64,000 nucleotides of DNA from a virus, in the IMG/VR virus record IMGVR_UViG_3300043446_003702, positions 1-64,000 of that record. One strand, 5' to 3'. Positions 11,250 through 18,449 of this stretch are shown here, one piece after another. Made by a program: the position numbers and the translations under genes. Position 1 is the stretch's first letter; each line of letters begins with the position of its first letter. The notes under the pieces were generated by a model. It worked only from the letters and a program-made list of their open reading frames with translations, did no database searches and was not told the DNA's origin.

Positions 11250-11324
11250 CTGGGGTTAGTATAATGGATAATACAGTCGGCTTCTACCCGACGAATGTGG
11301 GTTCGATTCCTGCACCCCGGACCA
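11250..11324 (+). tRNA. tRNA-Arg (TCT)
   Basis: GTCGG-CTTCTAC-CCGAC anticodon arm, TTCGATT T loop, CCA. Confidence 0.9.
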
Positions 11325-11337
11325 GTAAATACACCAT

Positions 11338-11421
11338 GCGAGTATGGGGGAATTGGTAGACCCAGTGGATTTAAAATCCACCGCTATATGCGTACCGGTT
11401 CGACTCCGGTTACTCGTACCA
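11338..11421 (+). tRNA. tRNA-Leu (TAA)
   Basis: GTGGA-TTTAAAA-TCCAC arm, long variable arm, CCA. Confidence 0.9.
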
Positions 11422-11431
11422 AAGGACAGCA

Positions 11432-12100
11432 ATGACACAAGAATGGTTCAACTGGCAAAATAAAACACTGATACAAGATCAAGTGTATGTTCTGCATGAC
11501 TTTTTAGATGCTGAAATCTATGATAAGTGCAAAAACGAAATTCGAACCCATGCACATCAATGGCACAATGAGTATGCCAACAGAATAGTGGCTGACAATG
11601 TGCGAAGTCCTGTAATTTTAGAATTGGCTGCACGTTTGTTGCCTTATCTCAACAAGGAATTCAACAACGAATTTTGTGTAACCACTGCAAAGATTTACAC
11701 AGATCTCAGTGGTAGTCAAATGTTTCCGCATTTTGATGCCAGAGATTTTCACATCAGCATGCAGTTGTACATGCCAGATATTGGTAGAGATAAATTAGGG
11801 ACACAATTTTGTTTCAATCAGCATTACAATTCACAAGTTGAAGATCAACCCGATATCTTAATGCGCACAAAAGGTCAATTTGTACCAGATGATCAATATG
11901 TTTCTCCGGTGCCGTTTCGACGAGGATTTGGTTATATCAATTACAACAACAAACTCATTAGAACTTTGCACAAAACTGAACCAGTGCCGCTGGGGTATGT
12001 GAGAGAAAGTGTGCACTTTAACTTCAACATCAAACGCGGTGACCAGTTGGGTTTGGAAAACATACACTATCACAGACTACAAGGAATAGAACTTGGATGA
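11432..12100 (+). CDS. putative 2OG-Fe(II) oxygenase
   Basis: HFD..MQLY..GTQF..TLH..R pattern. Confidence 0.55.
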   Translation: MTQEWFNWQNKTLIQDQVYVLHDFLDAEIYDKCKNEIRTHAHQWHNEYANRIVADNVRSPVILELAARLLPYLNKEFNNEFCVTTAKIYTDLSGSQMFPHFDARDFHISMQLYMPDIGRDKLGTQFCFNQHYNSQVEDQPDILMRTKGQFVPDDQYVSPVPFRRGFGYINYNNKLIRTLHKTEPVPLGYVRESVHFNFNIKRGDQLGLENIHYHRLQGIELG

Positions 12101-12109
12101 GGATCAATC

Positions 12110-12556
12110 ATGACCACCAACATTGACACACTACACGCTTGGCAAAAACACAAAGATCAACTGCACCAGACCGAGGCTTGGACGCACAACAACTTGGAAT
12201 ATGACATGAGTCAAGCCGACTGGTTCTTGGCCAAGGTGCGCGGCAGCAAAACCTATGCTCAAAACTTGTATGCTGCCATGTGCAACAATCAATTTCAAAA
12301 GCAAGATCTCTGGCTGGTGCTGAAAGATGCCACATGGTCATGCACCTGGCGCAGTGCCGGCGGCATTGTGGCCGACTTGGAAGCACAGGGCGGCGACTAC
12401 ATGGATTGGTACTGTTCGGGCATGGGCGAAGGGCTGGGCAACGGCGACGCCGATGGCACTCGTGGTTATGTGAGTGAAAGCACTGTGACAGAAGAAATTG
12501 AGGCAGATTTGGCACTCCTGGGCTGGCGTGTGATTGAAGACCCCGATGCTGATTGA
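12110..12556 (+). CDS. conserved hypothetical phage protein
   Basis: YAQNLYAAMCNN and DYMDWYCSG motifs. Confidence 0.7.
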   Translation: MTTNIDTLHAWQKHKDQLHQTEAWTHNNLEYDMSQADWFLAKVRGSKTYAQNLYAAMCNNQFQKQDLWLVLKDATWSCTWRSAGGIVADLEAQGGDYMDWYCSGMGEGLGNGDADGTRGYVSESTVTEEIEADLALLGWRVIEDPDAD

Positions 12557-12674
12557 CTTGACTCTGCGTGTGTTGTTGTGTATCGTACTCACAGTGACCT
12601 TTGTGAGTTACAGCGATCTCTCAGTAGATATTGCACAGTCATGGTTGTGTAAATAACTCAAACAGGAGATCGCT

Positions 12675-12842
12675 ATGCAACTGGTTAAATATCGCGATGC
12701 TGAGATGATCACACATACATGGTTCTATGTTGATGATCGCACACGTGCCATGGTCAGTCCGTTTTTTGAGACAGAGCAACAGGCACTGGACTGGTTTGAT
12801 CAAGTGTTTGAAGGTGAAGAAGAAGTAGTTATTGCTGTATGA
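12675..12842 (+). CDS. small hypothetical protein (55 aa)
   Basis: TAAATA, AGGAG SD, open frame to TGA 12840-12842. Confidence 0.55.
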   Translation: MQLVKYRDAEMITHTWFYVDDRTRAMVSPFFETEQQALDWFDQVFEGEEEVVIAV

Positions 12843-13138
12843 AGCCGAGAGAAACGGATTCTGGACGGGGGTGCGAATCCCCCCAGGTCCACCATAAACA
12901 TACTAACCTTTGGGTGTAGTCCGTAAGGATCAAGAGATAACTTCAAAGACCCCATATAACCAAGTTAGTATGTTTTTGATGGGCCTGCATAGTTTCGACA
13001 GGGTCAAAAGTAGCGGAGTGGACAGCACATCAGAGTAGATGTTAAAACTAAAACAACGTAAACGCAAACGACGAACTGTTCGCATTGGCAGCCTAAACAC
13101 TGCCTAGGGTAGGAAATACCTCGTAACAGAAACCACCA
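12835..13138 (+). ncRNA. ssrA: circularly permuted (two-piece) tmRNA, tag ANDELFALAA
   Basis: T arm + CAGGTCC-A-CCA (ends 12894) precedes GGGCCTG (12981); G3.U70 pair; tag ORF 13064-13096; outer ends approximate. Confidence 0.9.
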
Positions 13139-13165
13139 AATAGGCTCCCCGGAGCCTATTTCTTT
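13138..13165 (+). terminator. intrinsic terminator after the tmRNA
   Basis: AAATAGGCTCC-CC-GGAGCCTATTT-CTTT. Confidence 0.85.
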
Positions 13166-13223
13166 GCCCGTTGTTGTCAACGCATTGCCAGGTCAAGGCG
13201 TTGTATATGTACAAGGAGGCTTT

Positions 13224-13505
13224 ATGTACAAAGTCTTGATAGCCGGAGCGGTGGCACTGGCCACATTGTCAGCACAGGCACATGGTCCACACGGTCCTTA
13301 TGTGTATTACGAACATCGTCACTATGATCGTGGGTCAGATTGGATTGCACCGGCCATCTTGGGCGGCTTGGTAGTGTATGCTGCCACTAGACCCCCGGTT
13401 GTGGTGCCAGCCCCACAGCCAGTGATTGTAACACCCACTTGTGGTCCTTGGGTGGAAATTCGCAGTGCTGATGGCACAGTGACTCAAACCAGGACCTGTC
13501 AATAA
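13224..13505 (+). CDS. secreted/membrane Pro-Val-rich small protein
   Basis: AGGAGG SD, signal peptide ending AQA, hydrophobic segment. Confidence 0.6.
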   Translation: MYKVLIAGAVALATLSAQAHGPHGPYVYYEHRHYDRGSDWIAPAILGGLVVYAATRPPVVVPAPQPVIVTPTCGPWVEIRSADGTVTQTRTCQ

Positions 13506-13523
13506 TGTTAGCGAGGACAAAAC

Positions 13524-13922
13524 ATGAAACATTTGGCCATTGGCCTGTGCATGGCGATGATAGCAATTCTAAGCCAGGCAAATACGACACAGAGCCACAC
13601 GAAGATTACCGAATGGTCAGCGCGGACTGCGACCAAAAAAGGTTTGGCCATTGCGCCATCCATGATGCGTATTCCCAAACCCAAAATCTTTCGCAGCAAC
13701 CCTTTCCGGCAGGCGTACTTTAACAGTCACTGGGACGAAAACGATGACATTGAAATTGATGACGATAGCAAGATCACCGGGCCCAGACGTGAACAGTATG
13801 GTCGTGTCAAAGCCAATCCCACACCGGCCGACCCCGAAGGCGATGTCACTCCTGACATTGAGTGGCGGTTGTTTTTGATACGTCAGGCTGCTCTTTTTCG
13901 ATATCGTGCGTTACATGCCTGA
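13524..13922 (+). CDS. hypothetical protein with signal peptide
   Basis: GAGG SD; MKHLAIGLCMAMIAILSQA. Confidence 0.55.
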   Translation: MKHLAIGLCMAMIAILSQANTTQSHTKITEWSARTATKKGLAIAPSMMRIPKPKIFRSNPFRQAYFNSHWDENDDIEIDDDSKITGPRREQYGRVKANPTPADPEGDVTPDIEWRLFLIRQAALFRYRALHA

Positions 13923-13948
13923 CCGCCACTGCACCGGTAAATATCCCT

Positions 13949-14545
13949 ATGATAGTTTACATACACGGTGCGTCGGCCACGGCTGAAAGTTTCACACACA
14001 TTAGACAGTACGTTAGAGATTACATTGAAGAGCCTGACATTGCCTTGGAATATCGCAGCGAGGATGGCTTTGACCACAACCTTGCACACATGAAAGGTCA
14101 GTTGGACGACGAGGACCGACTGTTTTTTGTGAGTCACAGCCTGGGCGGCATCTATGCTCTACATTTGGCTAACTATTATCAGGCCACCACTGTGGGCGGT
14201 GTGAGTCTCAGCACACCCTATGGTGGCAGCAAACAGGCTGACTTTGCCAGGTACTTCCTGCCGTTCAATCGACTGATGAAAGACATTGGACCCATGAGTC
14301 GCCCCATGGCCGATGCACAGCGGTTACCAGCACCACCCAACTGGACTCAGGTTGTGAGCACAGTGGGACAGAGTCCTTGGATACACGAGCCCAACGATGG
14401 TGTTGTCACAATCGCCAGCATGAGATATAGGCAGGATTTTGAACTGGTGGAACTGCCCATCAATCACTATGAAGTTGTGATCAGCAACCGAGTGGTGGAC
14501 ATTGTGCTGGAAAGAATTCAACGTGTGATTGCCCAAAGAGGATGA
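13949..14545 (+). CDS. alpha/beta hydrolase (lipase-like)
   Basis: YIHGA, SHSLGG, STPYGGS, NDGVVT motifs and C-terminal His. Confidence 0.85.
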   Translation: MIVYIHGASATAESFTHIRQYVRDYIEEPDIALEYRSEDGFDHNLAHMKGQLDDEDRLFFVSHSLGGIYALHLANYYQATTVGGVSLSTPYGGSKQADFARYFLPFNRLMKDIGPMSRPMADAQRLPAPPNWTQVVSTVGQSPWIHEPNDGVVTIASMRYRQDFELVELPINHYEVVISNRVVDIVLERIQRVIAQRG

Positions 14546-14786
14546 CTCACATACAAAATTAATATACAATACACAAGAGGGAAAAACACACATGAGCAAA
14601 GGATCAAGACCCAGACCCAGCGTGGTAAGCCAACAAGAACTGGCTCAACGACACGAAGCCATCTTTGGCCAGAAGCCGCCACGAGAACCCTATGTGCCAC
14701 CACCACTGCCGCCTGAACTGGCAGGACCCGGTTCCGTTGAACGACTGTTGGGCACTGCAAAACTTCCACCTGGACGGACATAAATC

Positions 14787-15734
14787 TTGATTGACTGGCC
14801 AGTGGCACCTGCTGACGGCAAATATAGTCGTTGGTACCAGCAACTAATTGATCAGGCAAAATCACGCAAATTGGATAAAGGTGCGTACTTTGAACGTCAT
14901 CACATTGTTCCTCGAAGTTTTGGGGGATCAGATGCCGATGAAAATTTAGTGGATTTGACCGCTCGTGAACACTATATCGCGCATGCCTTGTTGTGGAAAA
15001 TGAAATTTCCTGGTGTTTATGGTAGCAAAATGTCTTTTGCATTTAACACGTTTATCAATAGAATGCGAACTAACAAAGCATTACCTAATATTACATACAA
15101 GATAAACAGTCGCATCTACCAATCATTCAAAGTGCATTATGCTGATATGCTTAGTAAACAGATGTCTGGCCAAGGCAATCATTTTTACGGTAAAACTCAC
15201 AGTGAAGAAACAAAAAAGATCATTGGTGAAAAGAGTAAACTAAAAACTTTTAAACGTGGGCCAGAACATTTTAATTACGGCAAGCCGTCATTTGTTACCC
15301 CTGAGGGCAAACAAAGACAACTGGCTGCAATCAACGCACGGTGGGCCGATCCTGACTTCAAAGAATTAATGCGACAAAAAAGGCGGGCATATAATGCCAC
15401 TCCAGAAGGGCAAGCACAAATAAAAGCCAAAGCTGATGCTCGTCGTGGAGTAAAACGTGATCCAGCAGTGATTGAAAAAATGGCCATGACCAAAAGAGGT
15501 AAAACATGGGAAGAGCTGTATACTCCAGAACAAATTGCTAGAATGCGAGCCGCAATAAAAAACAGAGTATTGTCGCCAGAAGCCAAGGCAAAAATGTGGT
15601 TTAAAGGAAAAGGAAAAGGAATTGCCAAAATAAAACATGCATGTCCACATTGTGGCAAATTGTGTGCTGGCAACATGTTGGCCAAATGGCATGGTGATAA
15701 CTGTAAATTCAAATTTCCACCCCAAAATCATTGA
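14787..15734 (+). mobile_element. free-standing HNH homing endonuclease with NUMOD3 repeats
   Basis: ERHHIVPRSFGG..NLVDLTAREHYIAH; NHFYGKTHSEETKKII; C-terminal CPHC. Confidence 0.85.
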
Positions 15735-15759
15735 CTTTCAACTCACTGTCATATATAAT
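15731..15759 (+). promoter_or_regulatory. sigma70 promoter of leader 1
   Basis: TTGACT-N17-TATAAT; ATG at about +1. Confidence 0.8.
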
Positions 15760-15764
15760 AAACT

Positions 15765-15863
15765 ATGATTACGCAATTCGCCCAACTGTCCTTTGAGATA
15801 CCCTCACATGATTATCGTGAGGCGCTGGCCTATACCTTATTCAGCGGGAGCGGTGGTACCTAA
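15765..15863 (+). CDS. putative attenuator leader peptide 1 (MITQFAQLSFEIPSHDYREALAYTLFSGSGGT)
   Basis: leaderless 32-codon ORF between promoter and terminator; absent from the ORF track. Confidence 0.7.
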   Translation: MITQFAQLSFEIPSHDYREALAYTLFSGSGGT

Positions 15864-15883
15864 TACCTAAGTACTACTCAAGC

Positions 15884-15916
15884 AAAAACCCGCTACACAG
15901 GCGGGTTTTTCTTTTT
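15884..15916 (+). terminator. intrinsic terminator / attenuator 1
   Basis: AAAAACCCGC-TACACAG-GCGGGTTTTT-CTTTTT. Confidence 0.85.
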
Positions 15917-15920
15917 GTGC

Positions 15921-15949
15921 TAGACCAATAATGGCAGAAGTGCTATACT
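15921..15949 (+). promoter_or_regulatory. possible second promoter for tRNA array 1
   Basis: TAGACC-N17-TATACT with extended TG. Confidence 0.55.
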
Positions 15950-16135
15950 AGAGGCAAGTTAGAAGACAACACAGTCGATCGAGACTAGTTGAGAGGTTCG
16001 TTAAAAAGATATCTTTCATATAGGCCTGTTCAAATTACAGGCCCTATATGTAAACACATTGCAGTGGGTTCGTAAGTATGAGTCGCATTCCAACGAGTGC
16101 CCGTGGGCTGGATGTAATGTGTTTGCATATAGAAT

Positions 16136-16211
16136 GCACGGTTCGTCTATCGGTTTAGGACACTAGCCTTTCACGTTAGTAAGACGGGTTCGATTCCCGT
16201 ACCGTGTACCA
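16136..16211 (+). tRNA. tRNA-Glu (TTC)
   Basis: cloverleaf, loop CTTTCAC, CCA. Confidence 0.9.
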
Positions 16212-16216
16212 TTTTT

Positions 16217-16302
16217 GGAGACGTGGCAGAGTGGTTGATTGCACCAGACTGTAAATCTGGCCCCTAAAAAGCGCGGTGGTTCGAATCCATCCGTCTCCAC
16301 CA
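16217..16302 (+). tRNA. tRNA-Tyr (GTA)
   Basis: loop CTGTAAA, long variable arm, CCA. Confidence 0.9.
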
Positions 16303-16312
16303 AGTTTGTTTG

Positions 16313-16457
16313 TATAGTTAAGCACCGATAAGGTATCGTGTGGGGACGCCCACACTATTCGGGTCCAAGCGGCCGGCGACGGATCCTGACATAACTGCCT
16401 CGGCTGTGACTGGGAAGCCCCCAACGTCTAAATTGGCATTCTCGGTGCTTAACTATA
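16313..16457 (+). ncRNA. unassigned structured RNA A
   Basis: perfect 16-bp closing stem 16313-16328/16442-16457 with GC-rich internal hairpins. Confidence 0.55.
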
Positions 16458-16463
16458 TGAATT

Positions 16464-16538
16464 GGCTTCATAGTTAAATGGTCATAACGCCGGCTTGTCA
16501 CGCCGGTATTGGGAGTTCGATTCTCCCTGGAGCCGCCA
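16464..16538 (+). tRNA. tRNA-Asp (GTC)
   Basis: loop TTGTCAC, G73, CCA. Confidence 0.9.
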
Positions 16539-16544
16539 AGTTTT

Positions 16545-16623
16545 GCAGACAGTGGATGGGTAGGCGCCCTGTGCGCCGCATTCTAGATTCCCGCAAAGGT
16601 TCGACTCCTTTGGTCTGCGCCCA
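16545..16623 (+). ncRNA. tRNA-like RNA with acceptor and T arm but no normal D/anticodon arm
   Basis: GCAGAC/GTCTGC stem, CAAAGG-TTCGACT-CCTTTG arm, 3' CCA. Confidence 0.6.
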
Positions 16624-16630
16624 GTTTTTT

Positions 16631-16713
16631 GCCCCGGTGGCTAGTGGAAATTGGTACACCTAATGGTTTTAGAAGCCATGCTTTTCCCGGTTCGAGTCCG
16701 GGCTGGGGCACCA
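16631..16713 (+). tRNA. tRNA-Leu (TAG), atypical
   Basis: loop TTTAGAA; extra bases around the D arm; short variable region. Confidence 0.75.
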
Positions 16714-16716
16714 AGT

Positions 16717-16931
16717 TTTGAGAGTGTCAGCAAGAGAAAGACACGCTGTGTAGGTAAGTTCGAACTACCGAAGCAGTAGAAGGTGGCGGGTTCGATGCCC
16801 GGCGGATCGGAAGATCCGTGTACATGGTGGCGTACTATCTGGTCCGGTATCCCAAGTGACGTACCGAGTCCCAGCCGGCTTTATATACTTGGGTGAATGG
16901 TGCCAATAACGATGGTGGCACAACTCTCAAA
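16717..16931 (+). ncRNA. unassigned structured RNA B
   Basis: TTTGAGAGT/ACTCTCAAA closing stem, two GTTCGA T-loop-like hairpins, CGGATC-GGAA-GATCCG hairpin. Confidence 0.55.
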
Positions 16932-16941
16932 TTCAATTCAT

Positions 16942-17016
16942 GCCCCTGTCGTTCAACGGATAGGACACCATGCTACGAACGTGGGGACGGAGGTTCGATT
17001 CCTTCCGGGGGTACCA
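16942..17016 (+). tRNA. tRNA-Arg (ACG)
   Basis: loop CTACGAA, CCA. Confidence 0.9.
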
Positions 17017-17020
17017 ACAT

Positions 17021-17095
17021 GGTGCAGTTAGTTTAGTGGTAAAACCGCGGGTTGTGATTCCGCTGTCACGAGTTCGATTCTCGTACCGCACCCCA
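17021..17095 (+). tRNA. tRNA-His (GTG)
   Basis: G-1:C73, loop TTGTGAT. Confidence 0.9.
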
Positions 17096-17098
17096 AGT

Positions 17099-17300
17099 GT
17101 AACTCAACGGCCTGTGTCAAAAACTCATTGACTATGGGCCCAACTGCCAGGGACTCTACGTATATCCACAACCGCTGACCGGGCGCGAGCCGCGTGGACT
17201 GCTAGTCACAGTCGAAGTCATGTAGGTGGAAGGAAGACAGGGCAACCTTTTTGTTGTGCTGTGTACCTTTAAACATAGGGCAGTAGGCTGTTGAGTTTAC
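17099..17300 (+). ncRNA. unassigned structured RNA C
   Basis: 13-bp closing stem 17101-17113/17285-17297, GNRA-type internal hairpins. Confidence 0.5.
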
Positions 17301-17313
17301 TAAATACACATGA

Positions 17314-17388
17314 CGCAGAGTGGAGAAGTAGTATCTCACCAGGCTCATAACCTGGGGACCGGCGGTGCGAATCCGTCCTCTGCAACCA
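17314..17388 (+). tRNA. initiator tRNA-fMet (CAT)
   Basis: C1:A72 mismatch, loop CTCATAA. Confidence 0.85.
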
Positions 17389-17402
17389 AACACGGAGTAC
17401 AC

Positions 17403-17936
17403 ATGATAGCGATTGATACTTACACTCAACCAATGACAGGCTTTGAAGACACATGCCATGCTCATTTGACGACATTTTTAACCAGCGACGGTGATGAAAA
17501 TTTGTACAATTTTTTCAAAGATTGTGTAAATCAAAATTTGATTAAAAATTTATTTCTTTGGGTACCTTATGAACTGCCTGTGATGTTAAATTGGGGGCTT
17601 ATTCGATACTATTCAGACGATTTGTCAACTGCCACCCTGGTCAAAGAAAAATTTGAGGACATGAACGCGAATTTTTCTGTAAAAAAGTTTTGGAATCAAA
17701 TGAATTTTGAATTCGCCTGTGTTGATCCCAAAGAAATCGTGTTCGATGAGGAGCCGTCAGATTCTTTTTTTCCAGTGATTGACCTAGATGGTAATGGTAT
17801 ATGGGCTTTTGACTTCCCTGTAGTTGATGATCTGACACTGCAAGGATGGCAGCCAGCCATGGAATCTCGACGGTCTTTTTTCCAAAATCTTTCCAATCAA
17901 AAAAACAAATATTTTGCAAATTATTTTGAAAAATAA
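17403..17936 (+). CDS. hypothetical protein (AT-rich)
   Basis: GGAG SD after tRNA-fMet, ATG 17403. Confidence 0.6.
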   Translation: MIAIDTYTQPMTGFEDTCHAHLTTFLTSDGDENLYNFFKDCVNQNLIKNLFLWVPYELPVMLNWGLIRYYSDDLSTATLVKEKFEDMNANFSVKKFWNQMNFEFACVDPKEIVFDEEPSDSFFPVIDLDGNGIWAFDFPVVDDLTLQGWQPAMESRRSFFQNLSNQKNKYFANYFEK

Positions 17937-17961
17937 TTTTGAAGCAAAAATTTCTGATAGG

Positions 17962-17990
17962 TTGACAACAAATGATAAATACACTATAAT
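17962..17990 (+). promoter_or_regulatory. consensus sigma70 promoter of leader 2
   Basis: TTGACA-N17-TATAAT; ATG at about +1. Confidence 0.9.
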
Positions 17991-17997
17991 AGGAACT

Positions 17998-18108
17998 ATG
18001 ATGAAACAACAATTCTGTTCAATGCTCAAGCCCATGACAACCCAGACATCGTTCTGGGTGTTGGCCAATGGCTCAGCAAACAGCATTCCAGGAGACCCGG
18101 GGTTCTGA
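17998..18108 (+). CDS. putative attenuator leader peptide 2 (MMKQQFCSMLKPMTTQTSFWVLANGSANSIPGDPGF)
   Basis: leaderless 36-codon ORF between promoter and terminator. Confidence 0.75.
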   Translation: MMKQQFCSMLKPMTTQTSFWVLANGSANSIPGDPGF

Positions 18109-18134
18109 TTAGACTATATTCGTATACCTAACAT

Positions 18135-18170
18135 GAACCCTGGAACTAAACACTCCAGGGTTTTTCATTT
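18135..18170 (+). terminator. intrinsic terminator / attenuator 2
   Basis: GAACCCTGGA-N9-TCCAGGGTTT-TTCATTT. Confidence 0.85.
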
Positions 18171-18367
18171 AGTGCAACGGCAACGCGAGCCGGTATCACT
18201 CTAAACTACAAATGTGGGCGGCCTCGAGGATGAGAAGACTGTGGCGACAACGCAGTTGGTAAAAGTCGAGCGTATTAAAGCAGATTATGTCAGTGAGGAG
18301 GCACCAAGTTGTGTGCAACGATAGTCTGCTTTAATACACACACTGGTCTCAGTGTGTCAAAATGCAT

Positions 18368-18441
18368 TCCGGTGTAGTATAATGGCAGTGCGGTGGTCTC
18401 CAAAACCACTAGTGGGAGTTCGATTCTCTCCACCGGAGCCA
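18368..18441 (+). tRNA. tRNA-Trp (CCA)
   Basis: loop CTCCAAA, CCA end. Confidence 0.9.
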
Positions 18442-18449
18442 TGAAATTT

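Noticed and set aside
16717-16931. RNA B as RNase P RNA (GAGAAAG and CCGGCTTTAT resemble the P4 strands)
   Set aside because: The two strands do not form the P4 helix, and the other conserved regions are missing.
17222-17245. GGAAGGAAG as SRP RNA helix 8
   Set aside because: It lacks the CC-GGAA-GG pairing and the AGCAG internal loop.
18222-18270. Hammerhead ribozyme (GATGAG..GTAAA)
   Set aside because: The core is not CUGANGA/GAAA and there is no stem III.
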